DNA of 64,000 bases from an uncultured Acidobacteriota bacterium (GCA_963696165.1 CAVOIY010000004.1:44753-108752); one strand, 5' to 3'. Shown: positions 50,003 through 60,266, counted from the first letter of the stretch. A program made the numbers and translations. The notes: generated from the letters alone by a model not told the origin.

Positions 50003-51148
50003 ATGCGCGTCGTGCGCACCGTAGCTGCCGCCACCATCCTGATCGTGGCGGTCGCGGCGGCATGGACCGCACGCCCTTTTGTGCACGGTCTCTCGTTCGT
50101 GATTCGCGCCGCCGACATGCACGGCGCGCCTCGACGCGCAGCGGATGTGGATGCCGAGGCCGTGCGCGAACGGATTCTCACCATCCAGACGACGCGCGGC
50201 CCGCTGCGCGGCCGGATGTACGAACCGCTTCACTCATTCGATCGAGCACTCCTCCTCACCTCCGGGCTGCATCCCGCAGGCATCGACGAGCCCCGCCTCG
50301 TCGCGCTGGCGCGGCAGCTTGCAGCTTCGGGTCTCGGCGTCTTCACACCCGACATCGAGGAGCTGTCGCATTTCGCAGTGACGCCCGCGATCACCGATCA
50401 GATCGAAGCCGCGGCGGTCTGGCTCGCCGATCACGTCGTCGGGCAGCGCGGCCGACGTGTCGGATTGATGGGGATCAGCTTCAGCGGCGGCCTCTCGGTC
50501 GTCGCGGCAGGACGCCCATCGCTGCGCGACCGGGCGGCCTATGTTTTCAGCTTCGGCGGTCACGATGATCTGCCGCGCGTGCTGCGGTATCTGTGCACCG
50601 GCGTCGATGGCACTGAGCAGCGGCGTCCGCACGATTACGGCGTGGCAGTGATTCTGCTCGGCGTCGCCGAGCGAGCGGTCCCGTCCGCGCAAGTGGAGCC
50701 GCTGCGCGCCGCCGTGCGACGTTTCTTGTGGGCATCTCACTTGGACCGCGTGGACAAGGCTGACGCCGATCGTGAGTTCGCGTCGCTGCGCGCAGTGGCT
50801 GCGACGCTTCCCGAACCATCGGCAACATTTCTGCGCGACGTCAACGATCGAAACGTCGCGGACCTCGGCCCTCGGCTTCTGCCCTACATCGGGTTCTACG
50901 GCGGCGCGCCATCGCTGTCGCCCGATCGTTCAGCGAAGCCGTCGGCCCCCGTGTTCCTTCTGCACGGCATCGAGGACAACGTCGTGCCGGCCATTGAATC
51001 CGAATACCTCGCGCGGGACCTTCAATCGGCCGCGCCGACGCGTCTTCTGCTCAGCGGCCTTATCTCGCACGCGGAGGCCGACCAGCCGGTGCACGCCGCC
51101 GACGTCCTGAAGCTGGCGAGTTTCTGGGGGGACGTGCTGTCGCGCTGA
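50003..51148 (+). CDS. membrane-anchored alpha/beta-hydrolase fold protein
   Basis: ATG 50003 MRVVRTVAAATILIVAVAAAW (anchor/signal). Nucleophile elbow ..VGLMGISFSGGLSV.. and a C-terminal ..VFLLHGIEDNVVP..SH.. The frame is intact. Confidence 0.75.
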   Translation: MRVVRTVAAATILIVAVAAAWTARPFVHGLSFVIRAADMHGAPRRAADVDAEAVRERILTIQTTRGPLRGRMYEPLHSFDRALLLTSGLHPAGIDEPRLVALARQLAASGLGVFTPDIEELSHFAVTPAITDQIEAAAVWLADHVVGQRGRRVGLMGISFSGGLSVVAAGRPSLRDRAAYVFSFGGHDDLPRVLRYLCTGVDGTEQRRPHDYGVAVILLGVAERAVPSAQVEPLRAAVRRFLWASHLDRVDKADADREFASLRAVAATLPEPSATFLRDVNDRNVADLGPRLLPYIGFYGGAPSLSPDRSAKPSAPVFLLHGIEDNVVPAIESEYLARDLQSAAPTRLLLSGLISHAEADQPVHAADVLKLASFWGDVLSR

Positions 51149-51156
51149 CCCCGATC

Positions 51157-51225
51157 ATCACGAAGGCACGAAGAATCACGAACAAGAAATCTTCGTGGGC
51201 TTCGCGCCCTTCGTGGCTTCGTGAT
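51157..51225 (+). repeat. CACGAAG/CTTCGTG-family palindromic element (copy A2) between the hydrolase gene and rluB
   Basis: ATCACGAAGGCACGAAGAATCACGAACAAGAAATCTTCGTGGGCTTCGCGCCCTTCGTGGCTTCGTGAT. It begins 8 nt after the upstream stop and ends 11 nt before GTG 51237. Confidence 0.85.
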
Positions 51226-51236
51226 AAACCTGTACG

Positions 51237-51912
51237 GTGGAACGTCTACAGAAAATCCTGTCGCAAGCGGGAATCGCCTCGCGCCGCGCCAGCGAAGCGC
51301 TGATGCTCCAGGGGCGCGTCAGCGTGAACGGCGTCACCGTGCGCGAGCTCGGGACGAAAGCCGATCCAGCGCACGACGACATCCGCGTGGACGGCCGGCG
51401 CGTGAAGATCGCCGAGCATCATCGCTACCTGCTGCTGAACAAACCGCGCGGGATACGTCACGACGCGCTCCGATCCGGAGCGGCGTCCGACGGTGATCGA
51501 TCTGCTGAAGGGCGTGCGCGAGTACGTCTATCCGGTCGGGCGGCTCGATTTCGATTCCGAGGGTCTGCTGATCCTCACCAACGACGGCGATCTTGCGGCG
51601 CGACTCACCCATCCGAGGCACGAGGTGGCGCGCGTCTACGAAGTGCAGGTGCTCGGCGTTCCGGACGATCACGATCTCGAGCGGCTCCGCCGCGGCATCA
51701 TGCTCGACGGCCGGCGTACGCAGCCCGCGGACATCCGCGTCGTGAAGCCAGGCCTGCTGCTGATCACGATTCGCGAGGGGCGCAACCGCCAGGTGCGGAA
51801 GATGTGCGACGCGATCGGCCATCCGGTCGACCACTTGCGCCGCATCGCGATCGGACCGCTGAAAGATGCGCGCCTGAAGCCTGGCTACTGGCGGGACCTG
51901 ACGGCCGGATGA
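51237..51912 (+). CDS. rluB: RsuA/RluB-family rRNA pseudouridine synthase (S4 domain + catalytic domain); one frame break near 51470
   Basis: VERLQKILSQAGIASRRASEALMLQGRVSVNG.. (S4). ..YVYPVGRLDFDSEGLLILTNDGDLA.. has the catalytic Asp (ORF 51493..51912), and ..REGRNRQVRKMCDAIG... Confidence 0.85.
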
Positions 51913-52037
51913 AGTGAGAAAGCTTCAGCGGGCCACGGCGAGAAGAGCGCTCCACACAAAAAACGGCAAACTCTCCACCACAGAGGGCAAGGCGAGACGC
52001 GGAGGACGAGACCGCAAGAATGAGTGTCAGCGGTTCG

Positions 52038-52742
52038 CTAGTGCACCGCTCCGCTCGGTTCATCCTCTGAAGGCTCCTCGAGCGGCAGCATCTCCTCCGG
52101 CGGGTTCCGCTCGACGAGCAGCGGCGCCTCGAGGCCGAGCGCCTCGGCCATGTCCTCGACCTTCGGCAGGTCGTTCAGATCGTTCAGCCCGAACCGAATC
52201 AGGAATTCCTTCGTCGTCGCGTACATGAACGGCCGGCCGACGACCTGCTTGCGGCCGACGATCTTGATCAGGTGCCGCTCGAGCAGCGTGTTCAGCACGC
52301 CCGACGTGTTGACGCCGCGAATTTCGGTGATCTCGAGCGCCGTGACCGGCTGGCGGTACGCGATGACGGCCAGCGTCTCGAGCGCCTGCACCGACAGCTT
52401 CTGCGTCGTCCGCTCGTGGAACAGCCGCCGCACCCATTCGTGCAGGTCGGGGCGCGTGACGATCTGATAGCCGCCGGCGACTTCGACGAGCTGCAGCCCG
52501 CCCGGCCGCTCGTAGTCCTGCTTCAGCTCCGCGAGCGCCGCCTGGACGTCTTCCTTCGGCTCGCCGTCGAGCAGCTTGTAGATCGCCTTCGGCGTCAGCG
52601 GCTCGGGCGACGCGAAGATCAGCGCCTCGAGAATCGCCTTCAGCTCCGCGGCCGGCGCGCTTCGGCATCTCTTCGTCGGCCTCGATCCGGCCTTCCTGCC
52701 GCTTCCGATCGCTTCGTCGTTCACGAGATCGTCTTCACTCAT
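52038..52742 (-). CDS. scpB: segregation and condensation protein B
   Basis: ..LKAILEALIFASPEPLTPKAI.., ..GGLQLVEVAGGYQIVTRPD.., ..QALETLAVIAYRQPVTALEITEIRGVNTSGVLNTLLERHLI... The ATG overlaps the scpA stop (ATGA). Confidence 0.88.
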   Translation of the reverse strand: MSEDDLVNDEAIGSGRKAGSRPTKRCRSAPAAELKAILEALIFASPEPLTPKAIYKLLDGEPKEDVQAALAELKQDYERPGGLQLVEVAGGYQIVTRPDLHEWVRRLFHERTTQKLSVQALETLAVIAYRQPVTALEITEIRGVNTSGVLNTLLERHLIKIVGRKQVVGRPFMYATTKEFLIRFGLNDLNDLPKVEDMAEALGLEAPLLVERNPPEEMLPLEEPSEDEPSGAVH

Positions 52743-53542
52743 GATGGCTCTCCGGATCGCCAATCGGGTGCGGCGCGTCGGCCGGCCGCGCGCGCTTGTA
52801 GACGCGAATCGGGCCGAAGCGAGCCGGACTGGAACACCCTCACCAGCTTCAGGCGAATCATCTCGAGCAGCGCGAGAAACGTCACGATCAGCCCGCCGCG
52901 ATCGCTCGACATCGCGCGAACAGCTCCTCGAAGCCGCACGCCTCGGTTTCCGACAGGCGCGCGAGCAGCTGCTCGATGCGGACTTCGACCGGCATCTGCT
53001 CGGGCGGCAGCAGCACCTTCGGCCGCTGCTTGCGCGCTGCGACGCACGGCCTGAAACGCGTTCAGCAGGCTGAAGAGATCGACTTCGAGCTCCGGCTCGT
53101 AGTCGTCGCCGGCGATCTCGGCGACGCGCTCGTCGGGCCGCTGCCACTGCGCCGAGCGCAGCTGCTCGCGCTCGTGCAGCAGCTCGGCGGCCGCCTTGAA
53201 CTTCTGGTGCTCGAGCAGGCGCCGCACGAGCGCGTCGCGCGGATCCTCCTCCTCGCCCTCGACGCCCGCCGCCGTCTCGGGCCGCGGCAGCAGCATCTTC
53301 GACTTGATGTGGATCAGCGTCGCCGCCATCACGAGGAACTCGCCGGCGACGTCGAGGTTCAGCTCCTGCATCAGCTCGATGGCGTCGAGGTACTGCTGCG
53401 TGATCAGCGCGATCGGGATGTCGTGGATGTTCACCTCGTTCTTCTTGATGAGGTGCAGCAGCAGATCGAGCGGCCCCTCGAAGTTGTCGAGCTTGACCGG
53501 GAAGGCGTCGACGGCGGATTCGAAATCGGACTGATGTTCCAA
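52739..53542 (-). CDS. scpA: segregation and condensation protein A; 2-3 frame breaks in the 3' half
   Basis: TTG 53542 MEHQSDFESAVDAFPVKLDNFEGPLDLLLHLIKKNEVNIHDIPIALITQQYL..AGEFLVMAATLIHIKSKMLLP... The C-terminal ..GGLIVTFLALLEMIRLKLV.. is in frame with the start. Confidence 0.88.
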   Translation of the reverse strand: MEHQSDFESAVDAFPVKLDNFEGPLDLLLHLIKKNEVNIHDIPIALITQQYLDAIELMQELNLDVAGEFLVMAATLIHIKSKMLLPRPETAAGVEGEEEDPRDALVRRLLEHQKFKAAAELLHEREQLRSAQWQRPDERVAEIAGDDYEPELEVDLFSLLNAFQAVRRSAQAAAEGAAAARADAGRSPHRAAARAPVGNRGVRLRGAVRAMSSDRGGLIVTFLALLEMIRLKLVRVFQSGSLRPDSRLQARAAGRRAAPDWRSGEPS

Positions 53543-53585
53543 TCGAACCTATACACCACGGGACTCGGACGGTCATGCGGACTCT

Positions 53586-54591
53586 TCATCTGTACGAGAT
53601 CTTCACCGCGTCGCGGACGCGCGCCATCGTCTCCGCCGCCGACGCGCGCGCGCGCGCGTCGAGCCCTCGAACAGGATTTCCTTCAGCCGATCCGGCTTGG
53701 CGAGCACGGCCGCGCGCCGCTCGCGAATCGGATCGAGATGCGCGTTCAGCGCGTCCGCGAGCTTCGTCTTCACCTCGACGTCGCCGACCTTCCCCGCGCG
53801 GTAGCGCGCCTTCAGGTCGTCGACTTCCGCCGTGTTCGGGTTGAACGCGTCGTGATAGATGAACACCGGATTGCCTTCGACCGTGCCGGGGATGTCGGCG
53901 CGGACGCGCTTCGGATCCGTGTACATCCGCATGACCTTCTTCTTCACGTCGTCGGCGATGTCCGACAGGTGAATCGTGTTGCCGAGGCTCTTGCTCATCT
54001 TCTTGTCGCCGTCGAGCCCCGGCAGGCGCCCGAACGTCGTCAGCAGCGGCTGCGGCTCGACGAGCACGTCGCCGAAGAACTTGTTGAAGCGGCGGACGAC
54101 CTCGCGCGCCAGCTCGAGGTGCGCGACCTGATCTTCGCCGACCGGCACGAACCGCGCGTCGTACATCGCGACGTCGGCCGTCTGCAGCAGCGGATAGCCG
54201 AGAAAGCCGATCGACGACAGATCCTTGTCCTTCAGGTTCTCCTGCTGCTCCTTGTAGGTCGGCACGCGCTCGAGCCACGGCACCGGCACGACCATCGACA
54301 GCAGCAGATACAGCTCGGCGTGCTCGGGCACGAGCGACTGGACGAAGAACGTGCTCTTCTCGGGATCGAGCCCGGCGCCGATCCAGTCGGCGACGTTGTC
54401 GTACGCGTACGACGTCAGCTGGCTCGTGTCGGCGAAATCGCTCGTCAGCGCGTGCCAGTCGGCGACGAAATAGAAGCAGTCGTACTGCGCCTGCAGCGGC
54501 ACCCAGTTGCCGAGCGCGCCGACGAGATGGCCGAGATGCAGGCGGCCGGTCGGCCGCATGCCGGAGACGACGCGCGCGCTTGCGGCGTCAC
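53586..54591 (-). CDS. trpS: tryptophan--tRNA ligase; two frame breaks (just after the start and near the 3' end)
   Basis: ..VVSGMRPTGRLHLGHLVGAL.. (HIGH-type), ..KKMSKSLGNTI.. (KMSKS) and a C-terminal ..AAETMARVRDAVKISYR*. GTG 54591 overlaps the upstream TGA (GTGA). Confidence 0.9.
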
Positions 54592-55239
54592 TTCGTCGGC
54601 AGCCAGGAGCACGAGCAGGCGGTACGGCGGCACGACGAGGTACTCGAAGCCGCCGCGTGAGCATCAGCGCGTAGAGCAGCAGGAAGCCGTACGGCCGCAC
54701 GCAGGTCGAACGCGCGCGCGAGCCGCGCGGCAGCAGGCCGCCGAGCACGTTGCCGCCGTCGAGCGGCGGAATCGGAATCATGTTGAAGACCGCCAGCAGC
54801 ACGTTGAGCCGCATCGCGCGGCTCAGCAGTCGACGCGAGCGGCGCCGAGACGTTCGGCTCGCCGAGCGTCACCGGCGACACCGGCAGCAGCAGCAGCGCG
54901 ATCGCCGACGGCGATCGCGAGCACCAGATTGCTCGCCGGGCCGGCCGCCGCGACGAGCACGTAGTCGCGCCGCGGATGCCGCAGCTGCCGCACGTTGACC
55001 GGCACCGGCTTCGCCCAGCCGATCAGCGGAACGTTGCCGATCAGCGCGATCAGCGGAAACAGGATCGTGCCGATCAGATCCGCGTGCACGATCGGATTGA
55101 GCGACACGCGGCCGAGCAGCCGCGCCGTCGGATCGCCGAGCCGATCGGCCGTCCACGCGTGCGCCATCTCGTGCACCGTCAGGGAGAACAGCAGGACGAT
55201 GAACGCGATGAAAATCTGCGCGAAGTTGATGTCCGGCAA
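54588..55239 (-). CDS. M50-family (site-2 protease-like) membrane zinc metalloprotease; about four frame breaks
   Basis: TTG 55239 LPDINFAQIFIAFIVLLFSLTVHEMAHAWTADRLGD.. (HExxH), and ..NVLLAVFNMIPIPPLDGGNVL.. in another frame. Confidence 0.8.
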
Positions 55240-55250
55240 GGAGTAACAGG

Positions 55251-57135
55251 TTACGGCCGACTCGCGAAAAACGCAAGAACGGCATCGGCGACTTTCGCGC
55301 CGACGACGGCCGCCAGTTCCTCGCGCGTCGCGCGCCGGACGCCGGCCAGGCTGCCGAACGTCGTCAGCAGCGTCCGCCGCCGGCGCGGACCGATGCCCGG
55401 CACGTGGTCGAGCTCCGAGCGAAGATCGCGCATCGTCCGCGCCTTGCGGTGAAACGTGACGGCGAAGCGATGCGCTTCGTCGCGAATGCGCTGGATCAGC
55501 AGCAGCGCCGGATCGTTCGCGCCGAGCGCGATCGGATCGTCGCGGTCGCGCGTGAAGAGCAGCTCTTCCTTCTTCGCGATGCCGACCGCCACGAGGTTCG
55601 CGAGCCCGAGCTCCTCGAGCGCCGCGTACGCGGCCGAGAGCTGTCCCTTGCCGCCGTCGATCAGGATCAGATCGGGAAACGGTCCGCCCTGCTCGAGCAG
55701 CTTGCGATAGCGCCGCAGCACGACTTCGTGCATGGCGGCGAAGTCGTTGTTGGCGGCTGGTGGCTCGGTGGCTGGTGCGCTGGATCGACTCGAGCCACCG
55801 AGCCACCGAGCCTCGAGCCCCAGCCGCTTGATTCGGAACTTCCGGTACTCGCCGCGCCGCATGCGGCCGTCTTCGCACACGACCATCGACGCGACGGTCT
55901 CGCTGCCCTGGATCGTCGAGATGTCGAAGCACTCGATGCGGCGCGGCAGCGCCGGCAGCGCCAGCACCGCCTGCAGCGTCTCGAGCGCGTCGTACTGCGC
56001 CGCGGTCGTCTGGTTGAAGCGCGTCTGATACGCGAGCGCCGCGTTGCGGTTGGCGAGGTCGACCAGCGCCGCGCTTGTCGCCGCGCTGCGGCACGACGAT
56101 GCGCACCTGCGGCCCGGCGCGCTCGGACAGCCAGCTCTCGAGCGCCTCGCGCTCGTCCGGCTCCGACGGCACGTGGATCTCCGGCGGCGCCGTCGCGCAG
56201 CTCGTAGAACTGCTGCAGCGCCGCCTCGAGCACCTCGCCCTCGCTCGACCCGACGATCGGCGTCGTCGGTCCCGAGCTCGACGCGCTCGACGACGCGGCC
56301 GCCGCGGACCTGGAAGACCTGGACGACGACGCCGGCCGGACCGAGCTTGAGGCCGAACACGTCGCGATGCCCGAGCTCGGCCGTCGCCATCTTCTGCTGG
56401 CGATCGTGCAGCGTCTGCACCGTCCGCATCGCGTCGCGCAGCTGCGCCGCTTCTTCGAAGCGCTCGCCCGCCGCCGCGTCGAGCATCCGCGCCGCGCAGC
56501 GTCTTGATCAGCTCGTCGTTCCTGCCCTCGAGAAACAGCTGCGTCAGTCTTCGACGGCGCGCGCCGTACTCCTCCGGCGAGCAGATCGTGTCGACGCACG
56601 GCGCGATGCAGCGCTTGATGTCGTACTCGAGGCACGGCCGGTCGCGCTTGCCGGTGATCACCTCGTTGCACGATCGGATGCCGAACAGCCGGTGCGTCAG
56701 CGCCATCGTCCTCCGCGCGAAGCTGCGCCGGCAGGAACGGGCCCGGCGTAGAAGCTGCCGTCGCGCTCGACGCGCGCGCGCCACGAGCACGCGCGGAAAG
56801 GCCTCGTTCGTCGTGAGCTGCAGGTACGGATAGTTCTTGTCGTCGCGCAGCAGGATGTTGTATTTCGGCGTGCGCTGCTTGATCAGGTTGTTCTCGAGCG
56901 CGAGCGCCTCGACGACCGAGTCGGTGACGATGACCTCGAGGCGCGCGACCTCGTCGAGCAGCGCGTCGGTCTTCGGATCGGCGCCGTAGCGCGCCGAGGT
57001 AGTTGCGGACGCGGTCGCGCAGCGACGCGCGCCTTGCCGACGTAGATCGTGTCGCCGCGCCGCGTTGAAGTACAGATAGACGCCGGGCTGCTCGGGCAGC
57101 CGGGCGATCTGCTCCTTGAGTTCGTGGATGGCCAT
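55251..57135 (-). CDS. uvrC: excinuclease ABC subunit C; about ten frame breaks by eye, plus an in-frame repeat-element insertion
   Basis: GIY-YIG ..LPEQPGVYLYFNA.., ..VEALALENNLIKQRTPKYNILLRDDKNYPYL.., ..ILIDGGKGQLSAA.. and the C-terminal HhH ..VPGIGPRRRRTLLTTFGSLAGVRRATREEL... Confidence 0.9.
55752..55819 (-). repeat. GCTGGTG/CCACCAG-family palindromic element (copy B4) inside the uvrC reading frame
   Basis: Perfect 15-bp stem GGTGGCTCGGTGGCT (55759-55773) / AGCCACCGAGCCACC (55793-55807). It encodes ..GLEARWLGGSSRSSAPATEPPAAN.. in the open uvrC frame. Confidence 0.85.
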
Positions 57136-57189
57136 ACGCTACTATGTCGCGTCTTCAGTCGGTGCCTGAACCCTCCATTATACGCACTC

Positions 57190-58048
57190 GTGCCACTCAC
57201 GCGCGCGCCGCGGCCGCCACACCACTACGCGCATCCCAGTCAGGATCCCGCGGCCGAGCTGACCTTCACCGGCGCCATCGGCGCCGTCTGCATGTTTCCG
57301 CTGCGCGCGATCATCAACGGCGTGCGTGGCGCTGCGGATTCACCCGAACACGCTGACGCTCATCGGCGTCCTCATCAACGTCGCCGCGGCGTGGGCGCTC
57401 GGCTACGGACGCTTCGTGCTGGCCGGCGTCATCATGATCGTCGCCAACATCTTCGATTTCATCGACGGCAAGGTCGCGCACAGCTGCAGCTGCAGTCGCA
57501 GTTCGGCGCCTTCTGGGACTCGACGCTCGATCGCTTCTCCGACCTCGCGCTGCTCACCGGCCTGATCTTTCTGTACTCGAAGCTCGGCCGCAGCGACTAC
57601 GTGCTGGTCGCCGCGCTGACGCTGATCTTCTCGATCATGACGAGCTACGCGCGCGCGCGCGCCGAGTCGCTCGTCGAGAAGTGCAAGGTCGGCTTCATGG
57701 AGCGGCCCGAGCGGATCGTGCTGTTCATGATCGGCGCGTTCACCAACCGGATGGCCGGCGTGCTGTGGGTGATCCTCGTGCTGTCGATCCTCGCGGTCGC
57801 CGAACCGGATCTACTACACGTATCTCGCGCTGAACGCGCTGCCGATGCCGTCGCAGGCAGGGCTGCCGCGGCGCCTTCAACCGCGCGTTCTTCTGGACCG
57901 ACGAGCGCGCGACGCTGCCCTACGATCTCTGGGTGATCGCGATTCTGGCGTTCGTCTGGCTGACGCCGCCCGACTGGCTCGGCGATCCGACGGCGCACGA
58001 TGCCGGCGTGGTCGCGCTGGCTCGCAAGGCTCGCGCACGAGGAACTAG
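57190..58048 (+). CDS. CDP-alcohol phosphatidyltransferase family protein; about four frame breaks, both ends uncertain
   Basis: ..IHPNTLTLIGVLINVAAAWALGYGRFVLAGVIMIVANIFDFIDGKVA.. + ..QFGAFWDSTLDRFSD.. gives the D-G-x2-A-R...G-x3-D-x3-D motif split over two frames. More TM helices follow. The start guess is GTG 57190. The 3' end could be 57936, 58048 or about 58108. Confidence 0.7.
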
Positions 58049-58056
58049 GCCGCGTT

Positions 58057-58919
58057 CTACGCGCGCTTACGCTTCGCCGTCGCGGACTTCGCCGCTGCGG
58101 CCGGCTTGATCGTCTCGGCCTTCGCCGCCTTCTTCTTGCCGGTGCTCACCGCATCGAGGCTCTTCTTCGAGCGCTTCCATCAGGTTCACGACCTTCGGCG
58201 GCGCCTCGACGCTCGGCGCGACGATCTCTTCGCCGGCGATCTTCGCGTCGATGATCCGCTGCAGCCCTTCCTGGTATTCGTCCTTGTAGGTCGCCAGGTC
58301 GAGCGGCCCTTCGAAGGTTTCGATCACCTGCTTCGCCAGCTTGATCTCTTCCGGCTTGACCTTCGCCGGCACCGCGTTCAGCTCCTCGACCGCGTCGATG
58401 CTGCGGATCTCGGCCGCGTGGTGCAGCGTGTACATCACGATGCCGCGCTCCTGCGGCTTGCACGGCGACGAGATACTCGCGGCCGTACAGCGCGAGCTTG
58501 CCGATGCCGACCTTCCCCTTCATGCCTTCGCGCATCACGGCGAACGCGTCGGCCGCCATCGGGCCGTCGGGCGCGAGGTAGTACGCGCGGTCGACGTACA
58601 TCGGATCGATCGCCGACTCGTCGGCGAACTGCACGAGATCGATGACGCGCGTCGACTCGGGCCGGACCTTGTCGAAGTCGTCCTCCGACACGACGACGTA
58701 GCGCCCCTTCTCGAACTCGTAGCCCTTGACGATCTCGGAGTTCGGCACCTCGCGGTTGCAGTGCGGGCACCAGCGCTTCTGCTGGATGCGCGTCTGGCAC
58801 TCGCCGTGGAGCTGGTTGAACGAGATCGTCCCGCTCGATTCGGTCGCCGGGAACACCTTGACCGGGATGTTCACCAGGCTGATCTTGAGGAAGCCCTTCC
58901 AGGTTGCTCGTGCAGCCAT
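58057..58919 (-). CDS. ku: Ku-type non-homologous end-joining DNA-binding protein; 2-3 frame breaks
   Basis: MAARATWKGFLKISLVNIPVKVFPATES..ISFNQLH..CQTRIQQKRWC.., ..YYLAPDGPMAADAFAVMREGM.., ..GIVMYTLHHAAEIRS.., and a Lys-rich tail ..LMEALKKSLDAVSTGKKKAAKAE..KRKRA*, with TAG at 58057-58059. Confidence 0.88.
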
Positions 58920-58924
58920 AGTAG

Positions 58925-59110
58925 TCCTCAGTCGCCTGTCTCAGTCGCCGAGCCGTCAGTCGGCAGTCCAGATGACGGTCAGTACATGCTATATCGGCAG
59001 TCAGCGGGTTGTCCTGAACCCAATGACGATTCTGACCGGCCCGACTGACGACTCGACTGACGACTGAAGACTTACGACTGACGACTGATGACTGGCGACT
59101 GACGACTACG
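58925..59110. repeat. CGACTGA/TCAGTCG-family element (copy C2): large inverted array upstream of ku
   Basis: The left arm carries TCAGTCG-type units (58926-58968). The right arm carries 8-9 CGACTGA-type units (59043-59110). An approximately 75-nt non-repeat centre separates them. Confidence 0.85.
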
Positions 59111-59509
59111 CGTCGTCCCGCTCGTCGTGCCCGCCGAGGTCCAGGCCGGTGCCCGTGAAATGGATCTCGTGCTCGCCGATCTTGTCGCGCAGGAGCCGTC
59201 GCGCGGCGCCGTAGTTGTCGCCCGGCACGGTGAGACGGCGCGCCAGATTGCGCAGCCGCGAGATGACGATCAGCGTCACGTCGTGCTCGCCCTCGCGCCA
59301 GCTGATGCCGCCGACCTCGTTGTACGGAATGAAGGCCGAGTCGGCCCAGATGCCGTCCTCGTAGAAGCCGCGGCGGATCCGCCGGCTGAGCGGCAGCAGG
59401 TAGCGCGTAGTAGACGAACATCATCGTCTCGCCGAACGCCTGCTGGTGCGAGAACAGCGACCTTGTAGACGACGAGCAGCCCGAGCACGACGCCGATGGC
59501 GAGCGTCAT
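59106..59509 (-). CDS. small two-TM protein with C-terminal PH-like domain (DUF5673-like?); at least 2 frame breaks
   Basis: ATG 59509 [17 protein letters not shown].., ..MMFVYYA.., then ..[82 protein letters not shown], with TAG at 59106-59108. The frame is also open upstream to about 59667. The family name is from memory only. Confidence 0.5.
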
Positions 59510-59678
59510 GCCGTAGTACGGCGGCTTGCGGGCTCGGCCAGGTGAGCAGCGCCGCTGCGCCGGCGCTGCAGGAAGCGCGACGTACTCGATCAGCACCGCC
59601 GCGCGTTGGCGACCGAGAAAGCCGACGCCGAGGAGCGAGCGAGAAACGCCGTCAACGCGTTGGCCACGCGATCGCCCG

Positions 59679-60266
59679 CTACGTCTGTTCGACGCGCCGC
59701 CAGCGTCGGATCGAAGCAGTGCCGGCAGCGCGCCTCGTAGAGGCCGGTCGCGCCGACGCAGCACGCGGTCGCTGCTCGCGACGAGCCGCTGCGTGTGGTT
59801 CGCCGGATCGCCGCAGACCACGCAGATGGCGAGCGTCTTGGTGATGTATTCCGCGATCGCGAGCAGCTGCGGCATCGGCTCGAACGGCCGGCCGAGGTAA
59901 TCCTGATCGAGGCCGGCGACGATGACGCGCTTGCCGCGGTCCGCGAGCGTGTTGCACGCCGCCGGCAGGTTCGCGTCGAAGAACTGCCCTTCGTCGATGC
60001 CGACGACTTCGGTGTCGTCGGCGACCTGCAGCGATCAGCTCGTCGGAGTTGCGGACGTTCTCCGACGCGATCCGCATGTCGCTGTGCGACACGATGTGAT
60101 CGTCGCTGAAGCGATCGTCGATGAGCGGCTTGAAGATCTGGACCTTCTGGCGGGCAATCTGCGCGCGGCGCAGCCGGCGGATCAGCTCTTCGCTCTTGCC
60201 GCTGAACATGCTGCCGGTGATGACTTCGATCCAGCCGTGCTGCGGTTGGCTGCGAACGACGTCCAT
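59679..60266 (-). CDS. tdk: thymidine kinase; 2-3 frame breaks
   Basis: [47 protein letters not shown].. (P-loop), ..[11 protein letters not shown].., ..[45 protein letters not shown].. and ..YEARCRHCF... Confidence 0.88.
   Translation of the reverse strand: MDVVRSQPQHGWIEVITGSMFSGKSEELIRRLRRAQIARQKVQIFKPLIDDRFSDDHIVSHSDMRIASENVRNSDELIAAGRRRHRSRRHRRRAVLRREPAGGVQHARGPRQARHRRRPRSGLPRPAVRADAAAARDRGIHHQDARHLRGLRRSGEPHAAARREQRPRAASARPASTRRAAGTASIRRWRRVEQT

Noticed and set aside
57936-58108. Possible 50-nt convergent overlap between the CDP-alcohol phosphatidyltransferase gene and ku.
   Set aside because: The transferase 3' end depends on which of three frames is correct after several frame breaks. 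The overlap may be an artefact, so the conservative end 58048 was used.
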